Shown here: piece by piece, positions 28,504 through 36,591 of the stretch
Position numbering within the stretch: the first letter of the stretch is position 1
Layout of the letters: every line of letters starts with the position of its first letter
NCBI GenBank assembly: GCA_964543655.1
Contig: CAZIZE010000028.1
Coordinates: 1-36,591, forward strand
Source: an uncultured bacterium
GTDB lineage: Bacteria; DYJV01
Direction of reading: 5' to 3'
DNA length: 36,591 nucleotides
Translations under genes and position numbers: made by a program
Notes under the pieces: generated by a model
Seen by the model: the letters and a program-made list of their open reading frames with translations, nothing else
What the model was told of the DNA's origin: nothing
Database searches by the model: none

Positions 28504-28942
28504 AAATTCCACCTGAATAAGGTTCTATTATTATAATTTGAGAATCTATATTTATCTTTATCTCAGTGGTAATAAGACTATTTGATGCAGTAACAGGTCT
28601 CCCAAGATAATCAAAATAAAATTCATTCATAGTTGATGATATTGAAGTATTTACTGACACTGGATTGTCTCCTCCTGGTATTCTGGGTAAACTATTTTTA
28701 TCATCAGAATCATTATCTAAAATATATTGTTTAGCCCCTGAATTAATAATAATTCTCCAATTATTCCCTGTAACCATTGATTCTTGCTGAGCATACCGTG
28801 CGTAAGATATAAAAGAGTCAGCATCAGCTATGCTTTTAAATCCCTTCATTCCTATTTTGGGCACTATTGCCATTGACACAATAGCAATCAAAGCCAAAAT
28901 AATTAAAATTTCAACTAATGTAAAACCCTGCTCTTTTCTCAT
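28493..28942 (-). CDS. MshC/FimT-like minor pilin
   Basis: QG|FTLVEILII; RYAQQESM, FDYLGRP and IEPYSGGI. Confidence 0.8.
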   Translation of the reverse strand: MRKEQGFTLVEILIILALIAIVSMAIVPKIGMKGFKSIADADSFISYARYAQQESMVTGNNWRIIINSGAKQYILDNDSDDKNSLPRIPGGDNPVSVNTSISSTMNEFYFDYLGRPVTASNSLITTEIKINIDSQIIIIEPYSGGIYEQ

Positions 28943-31900
28943 TTTTTAGATGGCACTTCTTCCCACATAATTATTCTATCCCTGCCCCTGTATATTCCAA
29001 AAGTAGCAGTACCTGCACTATCATTATCATGCAGGAAGAGATTTGATTTAAAATCAACATCTACACTGCCAAAATTATTTTTACCAGGTGCAGATAAAGT
29101 TATATAGCCAACTCCATTGGATATATCATCTACATTTATTACTGAAGTTTCACCTGAATTAAGATTTTGTGTAAAGTTTTTAAAAATAAAATCTGTTTTT
29201 ACAAAATGGGTACATGAATCTTTATCATTAAATTGCCAGTTACCATTATTCCAGAAAAAACTTCTTAATTTCATTTTTAAATTTTCAATTTCCGGTCCAT
29301 AATTATCTAAAATTTTAACCTTTCCATATCTCATACTCTGTCCAGATACTGTAAGCAGAAATGGCAAATTAAGTGCTAAAACACTATCATTATCCTGAAT
29401 AGATTCAACTTTTATAGAAAATTTTGGTGCAAAAGGTGATATTTTAGAATTATTATTTCTTAAATATACAATTTTATCATTTCCAAAAGTATACTTAAAA
29501 GTCCCATCTCCATTTGATATAAGATTACCAGAAGCAGGTAAAATGCTAATTTCTATTTCCCTGCTATTCCCAAATTGATTATCATCTTTTGATGGGTAAC
29601 TAATTGAGATTTTATCTAATGTAAGAAAATTAAATTCATCTCTGTAATTTCTCGTAACATTATCATCTTTATTTTCAGCAATTATCTTAAATGAAGGAGC
29701 AACAAGATAAGTTAAAGTATCACCTGTGTAATTAAATGTATCACAATTCTCTTGTAATATTCCATTTACCTTAGATTCAATTGCAAAATGGTCAGGTATA
29801 AACCTGCCTATATACTTATGTGTTGGCCATCCTATAACGGTATTTCCTAAATTAATGTAGTTATTTGCATTAGCAGAGGTTAATTTTAAAATCCCAACAT
29901 CAGAAAAAGTTGCATTTACAGTACCTACTCCACTGTTAAAATTACTCTCTTTTATTTCAGAAACACTTAACTTACCAGAACCATTTAAAGGTTTGGCTAC
30001 TGTGTAATTTATCTTAATATTATTTCTGAAATTTTTTAATGGCATTCTGTTGTTGGATAAATCTGCATTAATATCTGGGACACCATCTTTTGGTGAAGTA
30101 TCATCATCAGGATCATAACACACACCTCTAACCCTGATTTTGAAATAATCTCTACCTGCTCTTAATTTGGTATTAAAAGAGCCTATATTATCACTGTCTC
30201 TATAATCTATATTTTGAAAATCAATGTAAATTCCAAAAGGTGAAAATGTAATTTCATTGTTTGAATTAACTGTTTCCATTTCATAACCAGGTGTTCTTCT
30301 GTCAAGATCATAAGCAAATTGTAACTTTAACTTCCCTGCATCATAATATTTTAAATTTAACGGAGCTTTTCCATTTATAAATCTCAATCTAATATTATCC
30401 CAAGTATCAGGATTATCACTATTGTGATAATTAATTTTCTTTCCATTTACATATAATGCAGGGGAAACTACATTACTTGGCTCAACATAGAGGATTCTGC
30501 TTTTCAAATAAACAGCTCTGCCTCTTCTACTATTTAATGTTTCACAGGCTCCTGTTCTATTATTAGTTGTAATTGCAATAAGGTATAATTTTGAATCAAC
30601 CTTTGGATTATTATCACTTTCAAGGCAAGAAATCTGTTTTTCCCATGGTTGTAACGATTCTTTTTCCCAAGAAAGTTTAAAAGCTGATTTAAAAAATTCA
30701 ATTGAATAATTATTTTCAATATTGCCATTGTTTGAATCAACTACAACCTTTAATTTTTCAGAATTCCCAATTATATTTTTATTACTGAGAAATAGACAAA
30801 AATCTCCATTGTCACTGCTATTAATATAGTAGCTAACTTTTGATGTCCCTTCGTTTCTTAAAATTCCAGTTGGAGAATCATCATTACTGTATCCTGAAAA
30901 ACTTTTATACCATTCTCCTTTATAAACATTTCCCAAAAGAGAGCTTATATAAATTTCACCTGTATAATTAGTTAACGTGTTATTGTCCTTATCTTTAGCT
31001 GTAAAACAAACAAGCTCTGGTTCACAGGCTATTGCTGAATGATCTCCACCTTTATCAATAATTTCTATATGATCCAAATTGGTGTTGGTATTGCAACTGT
31101 TGCACTCCCTATTCTCTCCATCCCAATTTTTGCCATCTTTTTCATTAGTATAAATTTTCTCTACTTCACTATCTGTTAAAGCTGTATCAAAAATTTTTAC
31201 TTCATCAATGTAACCATTAAATTTTTGAAACTTCTCTGGAGTTTCGCCTATCCACAATTCAGTAGCATTATAAGGAATCTCCCCTCTATTAATCTTAGTT
31301 TCTACTACCTTTCTCCCATTAATATAAACCTTAATTCTTCCATTTATTGTATCTACCACTCCAACAACATGGTACCACTGATTTAACTTGAAAAATTGTT
31401 TATTACTATAGTAAACACGTCCCCAGGTTCCATTGCTGTTCATAACTCCTATATATATTCCATTATATGGCACTCTATTTGGACGCCATGTTGAAAAATA
31501 AAAGTATCGCTGATTTCTCCGTACAAAACGCCTGATTGGTCTATTTGGAGTATTAGCTTTAATGTAAATTATTTGGTTTTCTTCATCAAAACTTGTAAAT
31601 TTTACCCACGCTGAAACAGAGATATACTTTTTGGTTGCATTAAACAGGGTCTGGTTATTGATTGGTGCGTAAAGATAATCATTTGCACCAGTTAACTTTG
31701 CTACTCTACAAATACCACCATTTTCAATAGATGATTTTACAGTATTTGCACCACCTACTGCTGTTGCATTTAACTTATTTCCACTACTGTCGATAACCTC
31801 ACCTTCAGTTCCATTCCAGAAACACTTATCCATACGATAATCTACCAATGGTTTCGCTAAATTAACAGCTCCATTGCAACCATTATTGCAGCTTTTCAAA

Positions 31901-33435
31901 GGTGAGGTATCTCTAACCCACCTGCCTATTTTATTAGAGTCTACATAATCTATATCACCATCACCATCTCTATCTTTAATGCTATTCCAGAAGTTACTAT
32001 TCCAATTGTCAGTACGTTTAGAATCTCTCGCAAAATAACCATTTAAGGAGTAAATACAGTTATTGTTTATATCAAATCTGTTTCTTCTCCAATTATTTAT
32101 ATTTATCCCATACGATTCATCATCATCTGAATTATTGAATATACATGAATTTTTCAAAATAAAATTATTGACATTTGAGTTTATTTTAATTCCATTGTCT
32201 CCATAAGAAATAACTTTTAACTTATCTAACACCAAACTATTTGCACCATTTACTGTAATACCAGTGCCTCCTGAACTTATACTGCTATTTTTTATTGTAA
32301 TATATGAAAAATTACTCCAATCAAACTTGATTGCTGAAAAATCTTTCTTCTCTTTTGACAAAACATTAACATTATCAAATAAAACATCTATACCTTTGGC
32401 AATATAAATACTTTCTTCTCCAACTGATATATTAACATTGTAAAATTTATAATCTCCTACTACTCCCCAATTTAACTTAATCCCTCTGCTATCTTCAGTA
32501 TCACCATTTATTGAAATATTTTTCATATTAATGTCTTTACCTTCATTAATATAAATACCATAATCTTTATCTGTGTAAATTGAGACATTATCAAATGAAA
32601 TATCACCTTTTACTCCACTATTAATGTAAATACCTTTTGCTGATGAAGACTTAAGAGTAAAAAAGTTAAAAATTACATTTTTACCTTCTGAAATTTCTAT
32701 CCCTCTTCCTCTATTTATATTGAGTTTTAAATTCTCAAAATTGTAATAAGAATTTTTATTAAATCCCCAGCCAAAAAAAATAGCAGTATTAGAGTCTTTA
32801 TATTTGCTGCTATTAATAGTAATATTTGAAAAAATTACATTATTACCCTGCTCTAACTTAAATGCATTTGCTTTGCTTAAATTAAATGTAATATTTTTAA
32901 AAATATAATTTAATGTTTTATCAACACTAAATCCTGAATAAATAGCTACTCCTGATAGAGCTTTTAAATTTAAATTTTGAAAGATAATGTTACCAGTAGC
33001 TTTGAGTATATTAATTCCCTTTGAACTATTAGAGTTTCTTTCAGATGTTATAGATACATTTTCAATTTTAAAATTTTTAGCACTATGAGCCCAGGAACCA
33101 ATATTCACAACAGTTCCTCGATAATACCAATTAACATCTAAAGGAGAATTTACATCAGCACCTGAGGTAATTGTTAAATCATCTTTATCCACCACAACTG
33201 ACTCATTATAATTACCTTTGCAAATTTTAATTATATCTCCAGATTTAGCATCTTTAATAGCATCTTTTATCCTTTTGTAATTATAGAATCTTCCAAATTT
33301 TCCCAAACAGAAAAATCCTCTACATGTTCCATTTTCACACATTGATGGATAATTATCATCAACCACAAGAGTTTTTGCACTTAAAACATTGCAACTAACT
33401 AAAATAAATAAAAAAATTAAAAATATTCTTTTCAT
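28939..33435 (-). CDS. MshQ-like large pilus-associated adhesin (beta-helix + LamG + DUF6701-like C-terminus)
   Basis: Signal peptide; pectin-lyase-like beta-helix (AIKDAKSGDIIKICKGNYNE plus I.F.NI.I repeats); LamG motifs (SVSAWVK, QWYHVVGV, YING, GYIDEVKIFDTALT); C-terminal GRFIPDHF, RYG and ATFGIYRG.DRII typical of MshQ. Confidence 0.8.
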   Translation of the reverse strand: MKRIFLIFLFILVSCNVLSAKTLVVDDNYPSMCENGTCRGFFCLGKFGRFYNYKRIKDAIKDAKSGDIIKICKGNYNESVVVDKDDLTITSGADVNSPLDVNWYYRGTVVNIGSWAHSAKNFKIENVSITSERNSNSSKGINILKATGNIIFQNLNLKALSGVAIYSGFSVDKTLNYIFKNITFNLSKANAFKLEQGNNVIFSNITINSSKYKDSNTAIFFGWGFNKNSYYNFENLKLNINRGRGIEISEGKNVIFNFFTLKSSSAKGIYINSGVKGDISFDNVSIYTDKDYGIYINEGKDINMKNISINGDTEDSRGIKLNWGVVGDYKFYNVNISVGEESIYIAKGIDVLFDNVNVLSKEKKDFSAIKFDWSNFSYITIKNSSISSGGTGITVNGANSLVLDKLKVISYGDNGIKINSNVNNFILKNSCIFNNSDDDESYGININNWRRNRFDINNNCIYSLNGYFARDSKRTDNWNSNFWNSIKDRDGDGDIDYVDSNKIGRWVRDTSPLKSCNNGCNGAVNLAKPLVDYRMDKCFWNGTEGEVIDSSGNKLNATAVGGANTVKSSIENGGICRVAKLTGANDYLYAPINNQTLFNATKKYISVSAWVKFTSFDEENQIIYIKANTPNRPIRRFVRRNQRYFYFSTWRPNRVPYNGIYIGVMNSNGTWGRVYYSNKQFFKLNQWYHVVGVVDTINGRIKVYINGRKVVETKINRGEIPYNATELWIGETPEKFQKFNGYIDEVKIFDTALTDSEVEKIYTNEKDGKNWDGENRECNSCNTNTNLDHIEIIDKGGDHSAIACEPELVCFTAKDKDNNTLTNYTGEIYISSLLGNVYKGEWYKSFSGYSNDDSPTGILRNEGTSKVSYYINSSDNGDFCLFLSNKNIIGNSEKLKVVVDSNNGNIENNYSIEFFKSAFKLSWEKESLQPWEKQISCLESDNNPKVDSKLYLIAITTNNRTGACETLNSRRGRAVYLKSRILYVEPSNVVSPALYVNGKKINYHNSDNPDTWDNIRLRFINGKAPLNLKYYDAGKLKLQFAYDLDRRTPGYEMETVNSNNEITFSPFGIYIDFQNIDYRDSDNIGSFNTKLRAGRDYFKIRVRGVCYDPDDDTSPKDGVPDINADLSNNRMPLKNFRNNIKINYTVAKPLNGSGKLSVSEIKESNFNSGVGTVNATFSDVGILKLTSANANNYINLGNTVIGWPTHKYIGRFIPDHFAIESKVNGILQENCDTFNYTGDTLTYLVAPSFKIIAENKDDNVTRNYRDEFNFLTLDKISISYPSKDDNQFGNSREIEISILPASGNLISNGDGTFKYTFGNDKIVYLRNNNSKISPFAPKFSIKVESIQDNDSVLALNLPFLLTVSGQSMRYGKVKILDNYGPEIENLKMKLRSFFWNNGNWQFNDKDSCTHFVKTDFIFKNFTQNLNSGETSVINVDDISNGVGYITLSAPGKNNFGSVDVDFKSNLFLHDNDSAGTATFGIYRGRDRIIMWEEVPSKK

Positions 33436-33441
33436 TTTTAC

Positions 33442-34677
33442 CTACCCATAAACTTTGTCTATGTTCCACATTGGCAAAAATACACCAAGTGCAAGTATCA
33501 GCACCATTATAGCAACAAAAAGCAGAAGTATTGGCTCAATGGCACTTGATAAGTTTCCAATTAAATAATCAGATTCTTCATCAAAATAATCTGCAACTTT
33601 AAAAAGCATATCATCAAGCAAACCTGTTTCCTCTCCAACTGAAATTAAATCAGCAACAATAGGTGGAAAAATCTCTGAACTTCTTATTGCAACATTAATA
33701 CTTGAACCAGTGGCAACAGAATTTTTTACTTTTAAAATTTCATCTCTAAAAATATAGTTATCAGTAACAGCTGAAACTATTTCAAAACCTGTTATTATAG
33801 ATATCCCACTTTTATATAGCAACCCAAGTATTCTCACTATCCTTGCTATATAAATTTTACTTAAAAGATTTCCAATAATAGGAGTTTTTAAAATAAGCCT
33901 ATCTAATATTAACTTCCCCTTTTCATCACTTTTAACCCTTTTGTAAAAAATCACTAAAATTATAATGAAAATTAAAGCTGCCCACCAATAATTTTTAAAA
34001 ATTTCATTGGTTGTAATTAAAATCCGTGTTGGTAATGGAAGTTCTGTTTTAAATTTAGAAAAAAGAGTAGCAAATTTTGGAATAACAAAAGTTACTATTG
34101 ATACAAAAGCAAGTACAATTGATATTATTACCATTTTCGGATATCTTGTAGCTGTTTTAATTTTCTTCTGAGTTTCCATTTGAGTTTCAAGAATTGCAGC
34201 TATTCTTTGCAAAATTATATCAAGAACCCCTCCTTCCTCTCCAACCTTTATCATTCCAACATAAAGAGGAGGGAAAATATTTCCATGTTTGTTAAATGCA
34301 ACATAGAGAGAACTCCCTGCTTGCACATCATTAATAATTGATTCAAGAATTTTTGCAAATCGTGGATTAATTGTTTGATCTTTTAATCTTTGAATACTTG
34401 TTAATACCGGGATACCAGCTGTATAGAGGGTAGCAAATTGCCTTGTAAAAACAATCAGGTCTGTGAGTGTTACTGGTGTCAACCTTTCTTTGATTTTTTC
34501 TAAGGTTTCATTTAGATTGTCAAAAATATTTGCTTTTCTTAAAGATATGACATTTAATCCCTGCTGAAGCAGCATCATTTCTGCTTCAAATTCATCAGGA
34601 GAATCTATGGTTCCAAAGATTCTTTTTCCATTATTATCAACTGCTCTGTAAAAAAACTTGTCTGGCATTTGAAACAA
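33442..34677 (-). CDS. mshG: Type IV pilus platform protein (MshG/PilC, T2SS F family)
   Basis: FTRQFATLYTAGIP, GEEGGVLD, RYP, LPLPTR, GEETGLLD, IEP and GVFLPMW. TTG start at 34677; ATG 34668 is an alternative. Confidence 0.88.
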   Translation of the reverse strand: MFQMPDKFFYRAVDNNGKRIFGTIDSPDEFEAEMMLLQQGLNVISLRKANIFDNLNETLEKIKERLTPVTLTDLIVFTRQFATLYTAGIPVLTSIQRLKDQTINPRFAKILESIINDVQAGSSLYVAFNKHGNIFPPLYVGMIKVGEEGGVLDIILQRIAAILETQMETQKKIKTATRYPKMVIISIVLAFVSIVTFVIPKFATLFSKFKTELPLPTRILITTNEIFKNYWWAALIFIIILVIFYKRVKSDEKGKLILDRLILKTPIIGNLLSKIYIARIVRILGLLYKSGISIITGFEIVSAVTDNYIFRDEILKVKNSVATGSSINVAIRSSEIFPPIVADLISVGEETGLLDDMLFKVADYFDEESDYLIGNLSSAIEPILLLFVAIMVLILALGVFLPMWNIDKVYG

Positions 34678-36366
34678 TTACTCCTGCTCAATAATAGTAA
34701 CTCTCATTACCTCTTCTATTGTTGTTACTCCTTTCTTAACAAGTTCCATGCCAGAATTGTACATTGGTTTAAATCCCTCTGAAACAGCAATCTTTCTAAT
34801 AGTGGCAGCTGTTTCATTTTTACTTATTGCATCTTTTATATCCCTTGTAATTTTTAAAACTTCAAATATGGAAACTCTACCTTTATATCCTGTCCCATCA
34901 CAAATCTCACATCCTCTCCCCCAGTATAATTCAATACTTTCTTCCTCTATATCCATGCCTATTTCTTCAAGAAAATTTTTATCAAAAATTAAACTTTCTT
35001 TACAATTTTCACAAATTTTTCTAACCAATCTCTGAGATGCAACTCCAATCACAGATGCTGAAACTAAAAATGGCTCTATTCCCATATCAACAAGCCTGGT
35101 TACACTACTAACAGCATCATTAGTGTGTATTGTTGAAAGCACAAGGTGACCTGTTAATGAAGCTTGTATTGCAATTTCAGCTGTATCTCTATCTCTTATC
35201 TCACCAATCATTACAATGTCAGGATCCTGACGCAAAATTGATTTAAGAGCACCTGCAAATGTCAAACCTATCTTTTCATCAATTTGAACCTGATTAATAA
35301 GTTTAAACTTATACTCTACTGGGTCTTCAACTGTAATAATATTTTTCTCCATTGAATTTAAATAATTTAACGTTGCATAAAGAGTGGTAGTTTTACCACT
35401 ACCTGTGGGACCTGAAATGAGAATAATACCATTTGGTTTATCAATAATTGATTTATAAATTTCAAAATTGTAACTATCAATTCCAAGTTTATTTAAATCC
35501 AACAGTTCCTGGCTTTTATCAAGAACCCTTAAAACCACCTTCTCACCAAAAATTGTAGGTAATGTGGAAACTCTAAAATCAACTTCTTTACCTTTTAAAC
35601 TTACCTTAAATCTTCCATCCTGAGGTAGCCTTTTTTCAGCAATGTTAAGATTTGAAATTATCTTTATTCTCGAAATAATTGGAGCATAAAGTATTTTGTT
35701 TAACGTTAAAATTTCATGCAAAATACCATCTATTCTGAAACGTATCCGTAAAATATCTTCCTCTGCTTCAATATGAATATCACTTGCCTTTTCATTAATT
35801 GCTTTTTTAATAATATTGTCAACAAGCTGAATAGCAGGTGTTTCTTCTGCAAGCTTCTCTAAAAACTTTTCATCAGCACCTGCCTGTAAAATTTTATCCT
35901 CAATATTTTTGGCAATTTTGTACAATTTATCTTCTGATGTGTAAATTCTTGAAAAAAGATTAAGAAAATCTTTTTTTGAAATAATATACACAACCAACTC
36001 TTTATTTGTAGTTCTCTCAATTTCATCAAGAGCAATTATATTTGTAGGATCTGTGGTTGCAATATGAAGTTTATTACCCTCAACTTTTATTGGAAGCACA
36101 TTTAACCTCAACGCCCTGCTCTCACTAATTATATTCTGTAAATCAGGAGTGACTTTCACTTCATTCGCAGTAATAATATTTACATTTAGCTGCTCTGCAA
36201 GTATCTCTATAATTTTATCTTCATCAATATATCCAAGGTCAACAAGTATCTCACCTAATCTTTTATTTTTTACTTTCTGCTCCTCAAAAGCAACTTTAAG
36301 TTGTACCTCTGTTATTAAGCCTTTTTTTACTAAAAGATCACCAAGCCTAAATTTTTCTTTAGCCAT
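34678..36366 (-). CDS. mshE: Type IV pilus extension ATPase (MshE/PilB) with MshEN domain
   Basis: Tandem RLG..L...G motifs, ASDIHIE, RIDG, EKRLPQDGR, Walker A GPTGSGKTT, EDPVE, RQDPD..GEIRD, TGHLVLSTIH and a Zn tetracysteine. Confidence 0.92.
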   Translation of the reverse strand: MAKEKFRLGDLLVKKGLITEVQLKVAFEEQKVKNKRLGEILVDLGYIDEDKIIEILAEQLNVNIITANEVKVTPDLQNIISESRALRLNVLPIKVEGNKLHIATTDPTNIIALDEIERTTNKELVVYIISKKDFLNLFSRIYTSEDKLYKIAKNIEDKILQAGADEKFLEKLAEETPAIQLVDNIIKKAINEKASDIHIEAEEDILRIRFRIDGILHEILTLNKILYAPIISRIKIISNLNIAEKRLPQDGRFKVSLKGKEVDFRVSTLPTIFGEKVVLRVLDKSQELLDLNKLGIDSYNFEIYKSIIDKPNGIILISGPTGSGKTTTLYATLNYLNSMEKNIITVEDPVEYKFKLINQVQIDEKIGLTFAGALKSILRQDPDIVMIGEIRDRDTAEIAIQASLTGHLVLSTIHTNDAVSSVTRLVDMGIEPFLVSASVIGVASQRLVRKICENCKESLIFDKNFLEEIGMDIEEESIELYWGRGCEICDGTGYKGRVSIFEVLKITRDIKDAISKNETAATIRKIAVSEGFKPMYNSGMELVKKGVTTIEEVMRVTIIEQE

Positions 36367-36460
36367 AATTAATCCTTGATTTTATTTTTTTCTTGTAATA
36401 GATATTTTTTTTATAACACAATTTTAATATGTTGAAAAGATAATTATTTCGGAGGTTAAA

Positions 36461-36591
36461 GTGAATAATAGAAAAAATTTTGGCTTTACATTAATAGAGG
36501 TTCTTATTGTAATTGCAATTCTTGGCATATTAGCTGCCATTGCTATTCCAAGATTTGGCAATATGTCAGGAAAAGCAAGAGCTGCTGCTGT
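36461..36591 (+). CDS. Type IV pilin, MshA-like (partial; runs off the window)
   Basis: Not in the ORF track. RBS ggagg at 36451, GTG start, then (M)[42 protein letters not shown]. Confidence 0.88.
   Translation, partial: MNNRKNFGFTLIEVLIVIAILGILAAIAIPRFGNMSGKARAAA

Noticed and set aside
33388-33435. Lipoprotein signal (LVSC) on the MshQ-like protein
   Set aside because: Ambiguous; signal peptidase I cleavage after VLSA is equally plausible and cannot be settled without SignalP.
1-36591. CRISPR arrays, tRNA/rRNA genes, IS elements or integrases
   Set aside because: Intergenic gaps are all under about 170 nt, and no repeat-spacer pattern, RNA gene signature or transposase motif was seen.

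Overview
AT-rich bacterial window (roughly 30% GC by eye). Gene content suggests an anaerobic Gram-negative, with Geobacter-like SfrB and pilin N-terminus; taxonomy is inference only. Four blocks. (1) 1-11426, minus strand: a complex I operon, nuoA-B-C-D-[X-Y]-H-I-J-K-L(partial), with no nuoE or nuoF in their usual slot. X is an SfrB-like flavoprotein (NuoF-type Fe-S domain fused to a GltD-like NADPH module). Y is a NuoG-like, selenocysteine-containing formate dehydrogenase alpha subunit, with an in-frame UGA at 5755-5753 and a SECIS hairpin; the ORF track splits it in two. (2) 11590-16752, minus strand: a complete rnfABCDGE operon, divergent from an acyl-CoA ligase (16913-18553). (3) 18707-22252, plus strand: a Ser/Thr-rich type IV pilin followed by a DUF2723/TMEM260-like GT-C membrane protein, a TPR-like membrane protein and a polyprenol-phosphate-mannose synthase-like GT2. 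This is a candidate pilin O-mannosylation cassette. (4) 22328-36591: an MSHA-like type IV pilus cluster (MshEN-bearing ATPase, platform protein, 1498-aa MshQ-like adhesin, minor pilins, PilMNOP-like proteins, PilQ-type secretin) plus a divergent, partial MshA-like pilin. nuoL switches abruptly to GC-rich codon usage in its 3' part. No rRNA, tRNA, CRISPR array or mobile element was recognised.
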